A DNA stretch of 64,000 nt from an uncultured Kiritimatiellota bacterium (GCA_944389545.1 CALXMT010000011.1:3479-67478); one strand, 5' to 3'; shown: positions 36,983 through 47,421, numbered from the stretch's first letter. Notes: generated by a model not told the origin, from the sequence alone. Numbers and translations are program-made.

Positions 36983-38470
36983 TCACTTCCGTTTTGGACG
37001 GCGCGATTTCGGCGTCAGACTCCCACCCTTGCGTCCCTTCGCCAGACCTGGCTTGCGGCCACCCGCACGACGCGCGGGCTTCGCCTCGGCGGTCTCGGCC
37101 TCCTCCGGCGTCTTGGGGTCGCCGGGACGCGTACGCGAACGGAACTGCAGGATGAGCGCGGCACCCTCGAGATCGAAGGACTCACGCAAGGTACGAATCA
37201 AAAAGTCCTGGAAGGGCTTGGTGGCCAACCGCGCGTCATTCACGAAGAGACGCAAAATCATGGGGTTGGAACCCGTCTGCGTGGCGTAGAAGAAACGCAA
37301 TTTACGCCCCTCGCGACCGGGCGTCTGCACCCGCTCCAACGCATTGAGCAAGGTGCGATTCAGCACGCCCGTGGGCAAGACGCGGCGTTGGTTGCCGGCC
37401 ACTCGGTCAATCGCTTCGATGGACGTGCGGACGTTGTAACCCTCTTGGGCACTCATGAAGACCACCGGCACGTGGCGCAGATAGGGCATGAGCTCCCGCA
37501 TATGGGCGATGGCAGCCGTCTCTGTGGCTCCTTTGGCGCGGGCAAGGTCCCACTTGTTCACAAGGATGACGCAGGCGCGCCCCTCACGCTGAATCATGTT
37601 GGAGATGTACTTGTCCTGCGTGGTCGGGCCGATTTCTGCGTCCATCACCAAGACGGCCACGTCGCACTCGCGCACGGCCTCCTCACTCCGGAAGAGGGAG
37701 AAGCGTTCCACCGACGTGTCAATCTTGTGCACATGGCGCATACCGGCGGTGTCAACGAGGGTGTAGTGGCGCGCGGTCGGGCCGGAACCGATGGTGAAGG
37801 GCACGTCCACGCAGTCACGCGTCGTCCCGGCCACATTGCTGACGATGACGCGGTCGCTACGCAACAAGCGGTTGATGTAACTGCTCTTGCCGGCGTTCGG
37901 ACGCCCCACGATGGCCACGCGCAAGGGCTTGGCCTCGGCCGCACGCTCCGCCTCGGTCTCTTCCGGCAGATGCTTCAACACCTCAGCCATGAAGGGTTCC
38001 ATGCCACGACCATGCGCCGCAGAGATGGGAAAGACGGGAAAGGCCAGCTTGGCGAACTCGTGGGCGCCATGCTCATGGCTCGGCAGGTCGCACTTGTTCG
38101 CGGCCACCACACAGGGGCGACCGGCCTTGCGCACCAGACGGGCGACTTCCTCATCGGCCGGCTGGAGACCGGCCTGCGCGTCCACCACCAAAATGACGCA
38201 CGCGGCATCGGCCAAGGCCACGGCGGCCTGGTCACGCACGGCCATTTCAATGACGTTCCCCTCCTTGATGCCATCAAAGAGTCGGATACCGCCGGTGTCG
38301 ATGAGTCGGAACTTTTGGTCGTCCCACGCCACCTCCCGCACGATGCGATCACGCGTCACCCCGCTCTGGTCATGAACAATGGCGATACGCCTATGCGCGA
38401 TACGGTTAAAGAGCGCGGACTTGCCCACATTGGGCCGCCCCACGATTGCCACTGTCCTGTTCAATTCCAT
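36983..38470 (-). CDS. der: ribosome-associated GTPase EngA/Der (two tandem G domains + KH-like C-terminus, Lys-rich tail)
   Basis: MELNRTVAIVGRPNVGKSALFNR... and a second G domain RVAIVGRPNAGKSS. Start at MELN (or the MEAQ Met 12 nt upstream); the track start is a GTG extension. Confidence 0.85.
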   Translation of the reverse strand: MELNRTVAIVGRPNVGKSALFNRIAHRRIAIVHDQSGVTRDRIVREVAWDDQKFRLIDTGGIRLFDGIKEGNVIEMAVRDQAAVALADAACVILVVDAQAGLQPADEEVARLVRKAGRPCVVAANKCDLPSHEHGAHEFAKLAFPVFPISAAHGRGMEPFMAEVLKHLPEETEAERAAEAKPLRVAIVGRPNAGKSSYINRLLRSDRVIVSNVAGTTRDCVDVPFTIGSGPTARHYTLVDTAGMRHVHKIDTSVERFSLFRSEEAVRECDVAVLVMDAEIGPTTQDKYISNMIQREGRACVILVNKWDLARAKGATETAAIAHMRELMPYLRHVPVVFMSAQEGYNVRTSIEAIDRVAGNQRRVLPTGVLNRTLLNALERVQTPGREGRKLRFFYATQTGSNPMILRLFVNDARLATKPFQDFLIRTLRESFDLEGAALILQFRSRTRPGDPKTPEEAETAEAKPARRAGGRKPGLAKGRKGGSLTPKSRRPKRK

Positions 38471-38536
38471 TTGCGCTTCCATGCCTCTTATTTTAGCAAA
38501 ATCCCCCCTACCCCGCAGAAACACAGGTCTAAACTC

Positions 38537-38665
38537 AATACTGTCCAGGGAAAAGGATAAACCGCAAAGACGCGACTCTTGCCAAAAAGACTTGAAAGAG
38601 GCCCAAGCGCGAAGACGATGATCGGGAGGATACGGTCAGCGGGCGTTTAGCCCGCAAAGCGAGGC
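38537..38665 (+). mobile_element. MITE-like repeat family B, truncated/deleted copy (B1)
   Basis: Left TIR TACTGTCCAGGGAAAAGG plus internal segments (…ACCGCAAAGACGC…GCCCAAGCGCGAAGACGATG…CAGCGGGCGTTTAGCCCGCAAAGCGA) that match family B. No right TIR. Confidence 0.5.
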
Positions 38666-38695
38666 CTCGGGTTCAAGTAACGCTTTCTTAGCCTT

Positions 38696-39463
38696 TTAAC
38701 GTGCAAGGGCCGCCGTGGCGATGTCGCAACACCGATCGATGACAGCTCCATGCGCAGGCAAGAGGGAGTGAAGATAACGGCGGCGGATGTCGACTTCACC
38801 GCGTTCAAGCGCCAAGCGACGCGAGGCGGCATAGTAAAGTCCACCGTTGCACCAAGCCAGCTGAATGAAGACAAAGTCAGCGAAACTCTGGATATCGGCG
38901 TAATCGACACTGTCGCCGCGTTCAAGGGAGGCAACGACCTTGGGCGAAGGCGGGCCGTCAAGCGGCAAGCCCCAGTAGACGTCCGGGTGCGAGGGCAGAT
39001 AATCCGTCTCAATGGCATGATCAAGGACGGTGTAGATGTCGAGCTTGTCGGCATCGCGGACAAGGTGCGCCAGGGCAAGCTCGTCCGGTGGGAGATGTGG
39101 GGGCAAGTCGCGCAAATTGTGACACTCGATGGCGCGAAGAATGGCGTTCCGCTCAGGTGCGGGGCGATCATCGAGCCACCCCAACCGCAAGGCCTCGCCG
39201 CAACTGAGGAGGGCATGATTCACGCTCACGCGGTCACTGAAGGTGCGATACTGGCCGTATTGACGAAAACGGCCGAGATCATGCAACCAAGCGGCTGTCT
39301 CGCCCAGTCCACGCAACCGGTCCGGGAAGGCCTCACCCGCCATGATGGCCTTTGCGTTCGCAACGACACGGCGGGTGTGTTCCAGCTTAAGGATGTTCAT
39401 CTCCTCGGCCGGGAAGGTGGCGGCATAAGCCTCAAAGGCGGACGCAATCTCAGAGTCTTTCAT
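38696..39463 (-). CDS. HD-domain phosphohydrolase
   Basis: …AAWLHDLGR…, …VRDADKLD… HD motif pattern; 255 aa. Confidence 0.65.
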   Translation of the reverse strand: MKDSEIASAFEAYAATFPAEEMNILKLEHTRRVVANAKAIMAGEAFPDRLRGLGETAAWLHDLGRFRQYGQYRTFSDRVSVNHALLSCGEALRLGWLDDRPAPERNAILRAIECHNLRDLPPHLPPDELALAHLVRDADKLDIYTVLDHAIETDYLPSHPDVYWGLPLDGPPSPKVVASLERGDSVDYADIQSFADFVFIQLAWCNGGLYYAASRRLALERGEVDIRRRYLHSLLPAHGAVIDRCCDIATAALAR

Positions 39464-39471
39464 GATTGACC

Positions 39472-42216
39472 TCAGTGTGCGGAAAGCCAGTCTGGGCCGA
39501 CTCCAATGGAAACGGAGAGCGGAACGGCCAAATCGATAACGTTTTCCATGGCGGTCTTGACCAAGGGGCGAACGACCTCCAACTCCTCCTCGGGGACATC
39601 GAAGAGCAATTCGTCATGAATCTGCAACGTCATCTGGGTGCGGAGCCCTTGGGCGCGCAACTCGCGGTCAATGCGGACCATCGCGAACTTGATGATGTCT
39701 GCGGCAGAACCTTGAATCGGCATGTTGATGGCGACACGTTCGGCGGCGGTGCGGGTGCTCACATTACGAGAGCCGATTTCCGGGACGGCGCGGCGGCGCC
39801 CAAACAGCGTCTGTGCATAACCGCGCTCACGGGCTTCGGCGATGCTCTTGTCCATATAGGCGCGGACGGCGGGGTATTGCGTGAAGTAGGCATCGATGAG
39901 TTCTTGAGCCTCTTTGCGCGGAATGCGCAGGCGCGAAGCCAGACCAAAGGCCGAGATGCCATAGATGATGCCGAAGTTGACCATTTTGCAATGAGAACGC
40001 TGCGCCGGCGTCACCTCGTCCAAGGGCACGCCATAGACGACAGAGGCCGTCTGCGCGTGAATGTCTTCGCCGCGCTTGAAAGCACCAATCATGCGTTCGT
40101 CGCCGCTCATGGCGGCCATCAAACGAAGCTCGACCTGTGAGTAGTCTGCCGAAAGCAACGTCCAGCCCGGGCCTCGCGCAACGAAGGCGGCTCGGATACG
40201 CTGGCCTCGATCGGAACGAACGGGGATATTTTGGAGGTTCGGGTTGGAGGAAGAGAGGCGCCCGGTGTCGGTAAAGGTCTGATTGAAGGTGGTGTGGATG
40301 CGCCCATCGGCGGGATCGATGTGATCAGGAAGGCGATCCACATAGGTATTCTTGAGTTTGACGCAGGCACGCCAATCGAGAATCAAATCGATGATGGGAT
40401 GACGGTCGCGCAGTTTAAGCAACAGCTCCTCATTGGTGGGGAATTGCCCACGCGACGTGCGTTTGACGGTCGGGTCCAACTTGAGGTATCCAAAGAGAAA
40501 CTCACCCAGCTGCTTGGGAGAGGCAAGGTTGACGCCGGCACCGGTGTAATTCCGAATGGCGAGCTCTTGGCGGATGACCTCCCCCTCCAACTCTTGACGG
40601 AATCGACGCAACGCGGAGACATCCAGGCGAACGCCAATGGTCTCCATGCGCAACAAAACACCGGCAAGCGGCTCCTCGCAATCGGCCAAGAGATGGTCAA
40701 GGCCCATCTCCTTGATTTTCGGCATCAGCACGGCATGGAGACGAAGGGCGACATCTGCATCTTCCGCTGCGTAATCCAGGATGGCTTCCGGCGGAACATC
40801 GGCCATGGTTCGCCCTTTGTCAGTGCCAAGCACCGCAGAGATGGGAATGGGTGCGTAGTCCAAAAAGACGTTGGCGACATGATCCAAGTCGTGGCGATCC
40901 GTCGCGTCCACGAGGTAATGCTCCAAGAGCGTATCGTGGAGCGGGCCGCGAAGCTCAATGCCCAGGCGCAACAAGACGGCTCGGTCAAAACGCAAATGAT
41001 GGCCGACCTTCGCGATAGTCTCGGACTGAAAGACGGGCAAGAAAGGCGCCAACGCCGCACGCTGCTCGTCATCCTGTTCCGGCAAGGGGACATACCACGC
41101 GCGCCCGCCTTCGATGGCGAAGGAACAGCCAACCGCACGATCGTGTCGCGGTTGCAGACCAATCGTCTCCGTGTCAAAGGCGACCACTGGTGCCTTCATG
41201 AGTTCGGCCGCGAGCGCTTCGCGCGCCTCCGGCGTCTCCGCCAGTCGATAGTCGTGCGGGACATCCGCCAGCGTCTTGTAGGTCGATGGCGTCGTCTCCT
41301 GGTTCTCCAGAAGCGTCGCCGTAAATCCGAATTGGGTCTGGGCGGCAGTGGCCGCGATGCCAATCCGGTTGGCCACTTGACGCAATTCATACTTGGCGAG
41401 AACGGGCGCGAGCCTCGCCACGTCCAAAGGCCCCAAGGTCAAATCATCGAGCGACGTTGCGACAGGGGCATCGCGGACGATTGTCACCAAGCGCTTGCTG
41501 AGGCGGGCATCTTCGGAATGGGTCTGAATCGTCTCGCCCGTCTTCCCCTTCACCTCCCCCGCGTGCGCCAAGAGATTGTCCAGCGTGCCATAGGTCGCCA
41601 AGAGCTTGACGGCCGTTTTGGCCCCAACGCCCGGAATCCCGGGGATATTGTCGCTGGCATCCCCGGCGAGAGCCAGATAGTCGATCATCTGCTCCGGCGT
41701 TGAGATTCCCCATTTGGCGCAAACCTCCTCGGCGGAAAGCGCCACCTGTTCCCCCGGATGGAGAATCGAGACGTGCGGACCGGCAAGTTGTCCCAAATCC
41801 TTATCCGGTGTCGCAATGATGACCTGGGCGAATCCGGCCGCCACAGCGCGCGCCGCAAGCGTCCCCAAAACATCGTCCGCCTCATAGCCCTCGGCCTGGA
41901 CCGTACGGATGCCCCACGCTTCCGCCAATTCCTTTGCTTGTCCAATGGCGGCGGCGATGTCTTCCGGCATTTTTTCGCGCTGGGCCTTGTAGGGCGCATA
42001 GAGCTTGTGGCGAAAGGTCGGCCCCTCACTCTCCAAGGCGATGGCCATATGCGAGGGGTTGAAGAGACGCAACATCTGCTCCAACGTGGTCGCAAAGAGC
42101 GAGAGCGAGGACGTCACAATCCCGGAGGCCGTACGTCTGGGATTCTTCAGAAAGACAAAATGCCCCCTATAAAGAATAGGCATCAAGTCGACCAAAAGAA
42201 GCGTTGTACCGTTCAT
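39472..42216 (-). CDS. polA: DNA polymerase I (5'-3' exo, 3'-5' exo-like and polymerase domains)
   Basis: N-terminal FEN-like region, and a C-terminal …RRAAKMVNFGIIYGISAFGLASRL… motif B. Start at MNGTTLLLVDL. Confidence 0.9.
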   Translation of the reverse strand: MNGTTLLLVDLMPILYRGHFVFLKNPRRTASGIVTSSLSLFATTLEQMLRLFNPSHMAIALESEGPTFRHKLYAPYKAQREKMPEDIAAAIGQAKELAEAWGIRTVQAEGYEADDVLGTLAARAVAAGFAQVIIATPDKDLGQLAGPHVSILHPGEQVALSAEEVCAKWGISTPEQMIDYLALAGDASDNIPGIPGVGAKTAVKLLATYGTLDNLLAHAGEVKGKTGETIQTHSEDARLSKRLVTIVRDAPVATSLDDLTLGPLDVARLAPVLAKYELRQVANRIGIAATAAQTQFGFTATLLENQETTPSTYKTLADVPHDYRLAETPEAREALAAELMKAPVVAFDTETIGLQPRHDRAVGCSFAIEGGRAWYVPLPEQDDEQRAALAPFLPVFQSETIAKVGHHLRFDRAVLLRLGIELRGPLHDTLLEHYLVDATDRHDLDHVANVFLDYAPIPISAVLGTDKGRTMADVPPEAILDYAAEDADVALRLHAVLMPKIKEMGLDHLLADCEEPLAGVLLRMETIGVRLDVSALRRFRQELEGEVIRQELAIRNYTGAGVNLASPKQLGEFLFGYLKLDPTVKRTSRGQFPTNEELLLKLRDRHPIIDLILDWRACVKLKNTYVDRLPDHIDPADGRIHTTFNQTFTDTGRLSSSNPNLQNIPVRSDRGQRIRAAFVARGPGWTLLSADYSQVELRLMAAMSGDERMIGAFKRGEDIHAQTASVVYGVPLDEVTPAQRSHCKMVNFGIIYGISAFGLASRLRIPRKEAQELIDAYFTQYPAVRAYMDKSIAEARERGYAQTLFGRRRAVPEIGSRNVSTRTAAERVAINMPIQGSAADIIKFAMVRIDRELRAQGLRTQMTLQIHDELLFDVPEEELEVVRPLVKTAMENVIDLAVPLSVSIGVGPDWLSAH

Positions 42217-42608
42217 GCGCGGGTCCTTTCCGGGGCGGTGCGCCACCGTTCTGCCAAAATGCCCAAAGGCGTGGTGAGCACATCGTCCGACTGGGGACCA
42301 AGACGGGCGGTCAATTGCGCGCGGAAGCGTGCCGGCTCGCAATCATCATAAATGCAGTGCTCCGGATAAAGCACCAAGTAAACGGACATCGGCGTGGCCT
42401 CCGAGGGAAGCGACGCCGCCATACCCGGCCTTAACCGATAAGCCTCCTCAAAAGCCCTCAGAAAGGCCTCATCCTCCTCCTGCCAAGCAGGATTTTGCAA
42501 GGGAAAGGCCTGCCGAAAGCGACGCCGTTGGGCGCCACGGTTCCACTGCCAAATCATCCACGTGACAAGCACCAATCCGGCGAAACACAGTATATGCGAG
42601 AAGTTCAT
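42213..42608 (-). CDS. small membrane-anchored hypothetical protein (131 aa)
   Basis: N-terminal TM helix. 4-nt overlaps with both neighbours, so translationally coupled inside the asmA-like…polA operon. Confidence 0.4.
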   Translation of the reverse strand: MNFSHILCFAGLVLVTWMIWQWNRGAQRRRFRQAFPLQNPAWQEEDEAFLRAFEEAYRLRPGMAASLPSEATPMSVYLVLYPEHCIYDDCEPARFRAQLTARLGPQSDDVLTTPLGILAERWRTAPERTRA

Positions 42609-43198
42609 CGCCTCTTCCTTTGAACCGTATAACGCGGCCTCAACGCACGCTTTCTGCGCCGCACCCGAACCTGTGGGCGCACGCCATGTTCCAACAACGC
42701 CGCCACCTGCCGTTGTACGGTCGGCAAGTCTATACCCGCGAGCACAGGTTCTGTCACGGAGATCAACTCACCTGAACCGCGATACTCATAAACATGGACG
42801 CGCCGCCCCTCGCCATCCGTCGTGACCTGACGCTCCACGATGTGCTTGCCACGCTCCAACAACAGCGCAAGGACGTAAATAGAGGCACGATCGCGTGGGT
42901 CGCCACGCTCCACCAAAATCCGCAACACCGTCTCGGCGGATGCTCGATGCGCAGTCTCTGAGACCGTCTCTCGCGATGCGGATGTGGCGGGAACGGTAAA
43001 CGTCCATGCGGCGGAGGCCGTTGCCCGTTCGTTGTCCGAAAGCGCCGAAAAGCACCCTGGACACAAATCGCGACGAGCGAACCCGCCCTCCGCCTCCGGC
43101 ATCAGCAGCGAGTGTCCCACGCCGCCCGGCGCGAAAGGCCGACCGCAGGCCACGCACCGTTGGGCTCTGGGTTTGAGGCGCCAATCGGCCACGATCAC
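42605..43198 (-). CDS. hypothetical zinc-ribbon protein (CxxC…CxxC N-terminus, Arg-rich C-terminus)
   Basis: CVACG...CPGC pairs; 4-nt overlaps with both neighbours. Confidence 0.4.
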   Translation of the reverse strand: MIVADWRLKPRAQRCVACGRPFAPGGVGHSLLMPEAEGGFARRDLCPGCFSALSDNERATASAAWTFTVPATSASRETVSETAHRASAETVLRILVERGDPRDRASIYVLALLLERGKHIVERQVTTDGEGRRVHVYEYRGSGELISVTEPVLAGIDLPTVQRQVAALLEHGVRPQVRVRRRKRALRPRYTVQRKRR

Positions 43199-46100
43199 TC
43201 CCCAAGCAGGCCGCGCAAGGCGTTCAGCCCACCGCGGACAGCCTCACGCTTGGCCTCTTTCTTGGCTTCTTTCTCCTGCTCCTCGGCGGTTTTCGGCTTG
43301 GCAGCCTCAGCGGCGGCCTTCGCCTCTCTTTCCTTCTGCTTCTCTTCCAAGATCGCGCCGCCATAGTTCAGCGCGGCGCCGAGCAAACCATCGTCCTTCG
43401 CTTTCGCGGCCTCGGCGTCATCCGCCTGGGGTTCTTTCTCGGCTTCCGCTTCGTTTTCATCCGAGCCGAAAAGTCCGCCGATAACGGATGTGGCGGCCTT
43501 GTCGATGAGCTCTGCCTCGGCGGCCTTCTTGGCGTCGCCGGTCGCCTCAGCCTTGGCACGCTTCTTGTCGAGATGTTGCTGCAAGCGAGAGACACCCACA
43601 GAGATGCCGGTCTTGGCGGCGGAGTCCACCAATGCCCCGACCTCGATGTTGGGGTCGTCGATGGTGCCGGTGATGGGCAAGGAGACCGGCTTGAGCACAG
43701 AGGTATCGGCGACCTTATCGCCCAACACCCCGTCAAGCGGGACAGAGAGCGTGTAGTCAATCGCCCGAGTGGAGAGATCGGTCCGCCCCTGACAGGCAAC
43801 CGTCCACTCGTCGTTGATGTCCACCTCAATCGGCTTGTCGGTGGAGAGCATGCCCTCCTTCACCTCGACCTCCAACTCCTGCGGCTTCATCGAAACCGCA
43901 TCGGTGCGCTTCCCGGTCGCCTCAAGCACACGGCCAAGGATACCGTTCGGCTGCAACGTGATTTCGCTTGTGGAGAGTGCGACATTGAGATCCAGCGACT
44001 GCAACGGATCCCCTTCGCCAAGCTCCAACCGCATCCGGCGGCTCTGGACGCTGATAGACCCTGTGGGCTCCGCGGAGCCCTTGAGAATCGGGCTGACCAG
44101 ACCCAGGCCGGCATCCATCAGCTCGGGCGTCACGTTGAAGTCCTTGAGCAAATAGTCGCCCTCCGGGATGTAAAGCACGTAACCGGAATCGGTGACCTCC
44201 AAGCGCGGGGAGAGACGCACTTCGCCACCGTTCATCGCCACCACCGCATCAACGGAGGCCTTGCCATCCTTCAACATCACCTGCGCCTCGCCCTTCGGGA
44301 TGTCAAGCCCAGGGACTGTCACGCGGTCAAACGCCACAGCGGCATTGGCCCGGCCATCGCGCAAGATTCCCTCCGCGCCGGACTTGATCGGCAGGACAAA
44401 CGAGAAGTCCCGCGCAATCCGCCCTTGCATGGCAATGCCCTGCTCGTTCGCTTTGTCCAAGAAGGGCAATTCCCAAATAGCGCCAAAGTCCGGGGTCAAG
44501 GTGCCATCCATCGCCACGATGCCGGACTCCGTGCCGAAGGAGCCCTTCATTGTCAACTCCACGTAGGGCGACTGCACCGCGAGTTGCCGCAGGAGGAAGT
44601 CCTTGCCCTGACCGTCAACGCGCAAATCCACATCAAAGGGAACCTTGAAAGGCCGCATCTCGCCCAGCGTCACCTTCAAGTCCTCCGAATCCACGGCCAC
44701 AACCACACTCGGCACCGTAGCCTCCAACGCAACCGGACGAGCCGTCAACGCCAAATTGATCTTGCCTTCCACGATGTTCATCTTCGCGGGGTCGGCAGGG
44801 ATCAGCCACTCACGCATGGCGTGCTCGGGCTCCACCCAGCCGGAGAAATCGGCAGTGACTGCCTCCCCCGTCGACTTGCCCAGCACATAGGTCAGCGAAC
44901 CCTCCACGTGCGAGGCCGCCGCCGTGTCAAACGACAGCTCCGTCACGTTCAGGCACTGCTCCGCGAAACGTACCTTGAAGGAGCCAGAGGCAAGCGAAGT
45001 CTCCTGCAGTCGGTAGTTCGGGCCGGTCACGTCAATATCCGTCACCTGGATATCCGTGGTTGCCTCAAACGCCCCTTCGCGCAGGCTGCCCCGCAGATTC
45101 ACCTTCGCCAGGCCATCCTTGATTTGGGGTTGCTCCAACTTCAGATATTCCGCCACCGTGAAGAAGTCGACAAGCGTCGAAAGCGTCAACTCGTTGATTT
45201 GCTTCGCCTCAACGTCGATGCCCTTCGCCGCCACTGTCGCCGTGACCAACTCATCACGATTGGAGGTGACCTTGACGGGGAAGCGCAGCGCGCCGTCTTT
45301 GGTCTCGCCGTCCAACGTCACCGTCACCGGCCCGGGCGTGGCAATCTCCCCGATGAAGGGCGCCAATGCGTTCAGCACCTCCTGGCTTTCCATGCGAGCG
45401 TGCAATGCGCCGTTCTCCAAATCACCCTGTCCTCGGATGTCCACGCCGGGGAACGTGATGCCCAGCTCGCCAATCTCCAACGCCAACAGATTGGCAGGAT
45501 CCACGACGATGTCATCCACGGTCGCGCTCACCTTAGGCAAGGTCGCCACGCGTCCCGCCTGCTCGGTCACGATGTCCGTTGTCGCAAGGCTGACCAAGGC
45601 GAGCAAGGCCTTGTTATTTCCGGGATTTCCCTTCAGCGTAGCAATGAGGTTCATTTCGCCCTTGTCAATCGTTGCGCCGGAAGGCAACGCCACTCCGAAA
45701 TCTCCCGCCACCTTCATAGCCTTCGCCAAGTCAATCGACAGTGCACTCTTCACCTCCGGCCAGACATCCGCCTCCGTCGCCGTGGCATCGACACCAACGG
45801 TCACCCACGGCGCCTCCGCTTCAAAGAACGCCGTCCGGAAGAAATCCGCGGGCTGCTTCGCCGCCAAAAGCGCATTCGCCGACACCGTCTCCACCTTCGT
45901 GTTAAGGGCCAAATCCAAGACCTTGCCGTCCACCACAGCCGTGATGGCATCGTTCAGCGAAGGCATCGTGACCTCCACGTTCACCCCGGAGACGAGCGGA
46001 TCCGGCAAGCCCTCCTTCTTGAACGAGGCATTCTTCACCACAATATGCGCCTGAACCGCCCAATCGGGCAACTTAAAGGGTTCAGCCGCGGGGGCCGGCG

Positions 46101-46740
46101 CCTGCGGTTGCGGGGCCGGTTGCACTTCAGCCACGGGTTGCGGCGGCTGCGGTTCCGGCGCCGGTTGCGCCGGTTGCGGCGGGGCAGGCGGAGGCGTGAA
46201 GAGCGCCACTGCAGGCGAATCCACCTCCACGTCCACCGTCATCTGCCCAAGCGGGATCAACTTCCACAGCGAAGAGAGACGGACCGACTTGACCTGGGCA
46301 TCGACACCCTTCGTCTCATCGCGATAATGGATGCCCTCCACGGATTGCTTCGTAAACCAACCAAAGCTCCAATCCGCGATTTCCACCTTGGCCGGCGCAA
46401 TGGCACCATTCACGATGTTCAGCGCCACATTCCGCGTCACGCCAAGCGACAGCAACGTCGGCAACAAGAGAATCAAAACCAAGAGAACGATGCACGTCCA
46501 CCCCAGCCACTTCAGCAAACGCTTCCACCAGGGTTTTTTCCCCTTGTCGGCGTCCTCCTTCGGAACGGCATCCGCCTTTTCTACGGCTTCTTCCTTTCCG
46601 GTTTCTGGCGCAGGCACTTCCGCCGGACTGGTGGACGCAGCCTCCTGCACATCCTGCTCGACATCTGCCGCCTTAGCCCCCTCCGGCTTTTCCACCGGTT
46701 GCTTGGGCTCTTCCTGCTTACCTACGTTCATCTCGTCCAT
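43195..46740 (-). CDS. AsmA/TamB-like giant envelope protein (N-terminal TM anchor, long beta-rich body, Lys/Glu/Ala-rich C-terminal tail)
   Basis: Lys/Glu-rich N-terminus, then a TM helix (WLGWTCIVLLVLILLLP), a ~1000-aa low-hydrophobicity beta-like region and an …AKAEATGDAKKAAEAE… tail. The family call is by architecture only. Confidence 0.5.
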   Translation of the reverse strand: MDEMNVGKQEEPKQPVEKPEGAKAADVEQDVQEAASTSPAEVPAPETGKEEAVEKADAVPKEDADKGKKPWWKRLLKWLGWTCIVLLVLILLLPTLLSLGVTRNVALNIVNGAIAPAKVEIADWSFGWFTKQSVEGIHYRDETKGVDAQVKSVRLSSLWKLIPLGQMTVDVEVDSPAVALFTPPPAPPQPAQPAPEPQPPQPVAEVQPAPQPQAPAPAAEPFKLPDWAVQAHIVVKNASFKKEGLPDPLVSGVNVEVTMPSLNDAITAVVDGKVLDLALNTKVETVSANALLAAKQPADFFRTAFFEAEAPWVTVGVDATATEADVWPEVKSALSIDLAKAMKVAGDFGVALPSGATIDKGEMNLIATLKGNPGNNKALLALVSLATTDIVTEQAGRVATLPKVSATVDDIVVDPANLLALEIGELGITFPGVDIRGQGDLENGALHARMESQEVLNALAPFIGEIATPGPVTVTLDGETKDGALRFPVKVTSNRDELVTATVAAKGIDVEAKQINELTLSTLVDFFTVAEYLKLEQPQIKDGLAKVNLRGSLREGAFEATTDIQVTDIDVTGPNYRLQETSLASGSFKVRFAEQCLNVTELSFDTAAASHVEGSLTYVLGKSTGEAVTADFSGWVEPEHAMREWLIPADPAKMNIVEGKINLALTARPVALEATVPSVVVAVDSEDLKVTLGEMRPFKVPFDVDLRVDGQGKDFLLRQLAVQSPYVELTMKGSFGTESGIVAMDGTLTPDFGAIWELPFLDKANEQGIAMQGRIARDFSFVLPIKSGAEGILRDGRANAAVAFDRVTVPGLDIPKGEAQVMLKDGKASVDAVVAMNGGEVRLSPRLEVTDSGYVLYIPEGDYLLKDFNVTPELMDAGLGLVSPILKGSAEPTGSISVQSRRMRLELGEGDPLQSLDLNVALSTSEITLQPNGILGRVLEATGKRTDAVSMKPQELEVEVKEGMLSTDKPIEVDINDEWTVACQGRTDLSTRAIDYTLSVPLDGVLGDKVADTSVLKPVSLPITGTIDDPNIEVGALVDSAAKTGISVGVSRLQQHLDKKRAKAEATGDAKKAAEAELIDKAATSVIGGLFGSDENEAEAEKEPQADDAEAAKAKDDGLLGAALNYGGAILEEKQKEREAKAAAEAAKPKTAEEQEKEAKKEAKREAVRGGLNALRGLLGE

Positions 46741-46810
46741 AGCGTGACTCCTTTATCTTTATTATAGCACTTTCCCCCACCCCAGGCACCACCCATCAGC
46801 AAAGTCACAG

Positions 46811-47139
46811 TAGTGTCCGGGGAAAATTGGAACCGCAAAGACGCAAGGGTGGGCGCGAACCGCTTCGGGCTCCATCGGTCGCTCTGCGGCTTCGCCGCTG
46901 ACCGCGACCGCCGCCCTCCGTTTCGCGCCTTGTGGTCTTTTCTAAAGAAGAAGGGTCGGGATGTGGGGCGGAGCCCCACCAAGAACTCCAATCAGCTAAG
47001 CTTCCAACTCCCTTTGAGCGCCCCTTCAGGGGCGCGATAGCGTGGAAATCCCAAGGGCGGCGCGACCAACGGGAGCGATGGAGCCCGCAGGGTTTCCACG
47101 CAAGACCGTCTTCGCGGTAAAACTTCCCCGGACACTATT
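46811..47139 (+). mobile_element. MITE-like repeat family A copy 3
   Basis: Full-length copy with both TIRs (TAGTGTCCGGGGAAAA…TTCCCCGGACACTATTG). Confidence 0.75.
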
Positions 47140-47152
47140 GAGTAGCGTCCAA

Positions 47153-47421
47153 TACTGTCCGGGGAAAATGGAGACCGCAAAGACGCAAATCTTGCAGGAA
47201 AGGTGGGGCGCTAACGCCGGGCGCACGGTCGTGCGCCCTCCCGCCCCCCACTTTCCTGCGCCCAAATGACTTATTAAGACAGCTCAAGCGCGAAGACGAT
47301 GGGCGGAAGGGAGCGATCAGCGGGCGTTTAACCCGTAAAGCGACCGGCGTTAGCCCATCTGGCTTCGCGCTTACTTGCGTCTTTGCGGGAAAAGAAGGCT
47401 TCCGAATTCTCCGGACACTAT
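47153..47421 (+). mobile_element. MITE-like repeat family B copy 2 (full length, ~270 bp)
   Basis: TIRs are TACTGTCCGGGGAAAATGGAGACCGCAAAGACGCAA… and …TTCCGAATTCTCCGGACACTATT. The first ~35 bp is shared with family A; the internal sequence is different and also palindromic. Confidence 0.75.
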
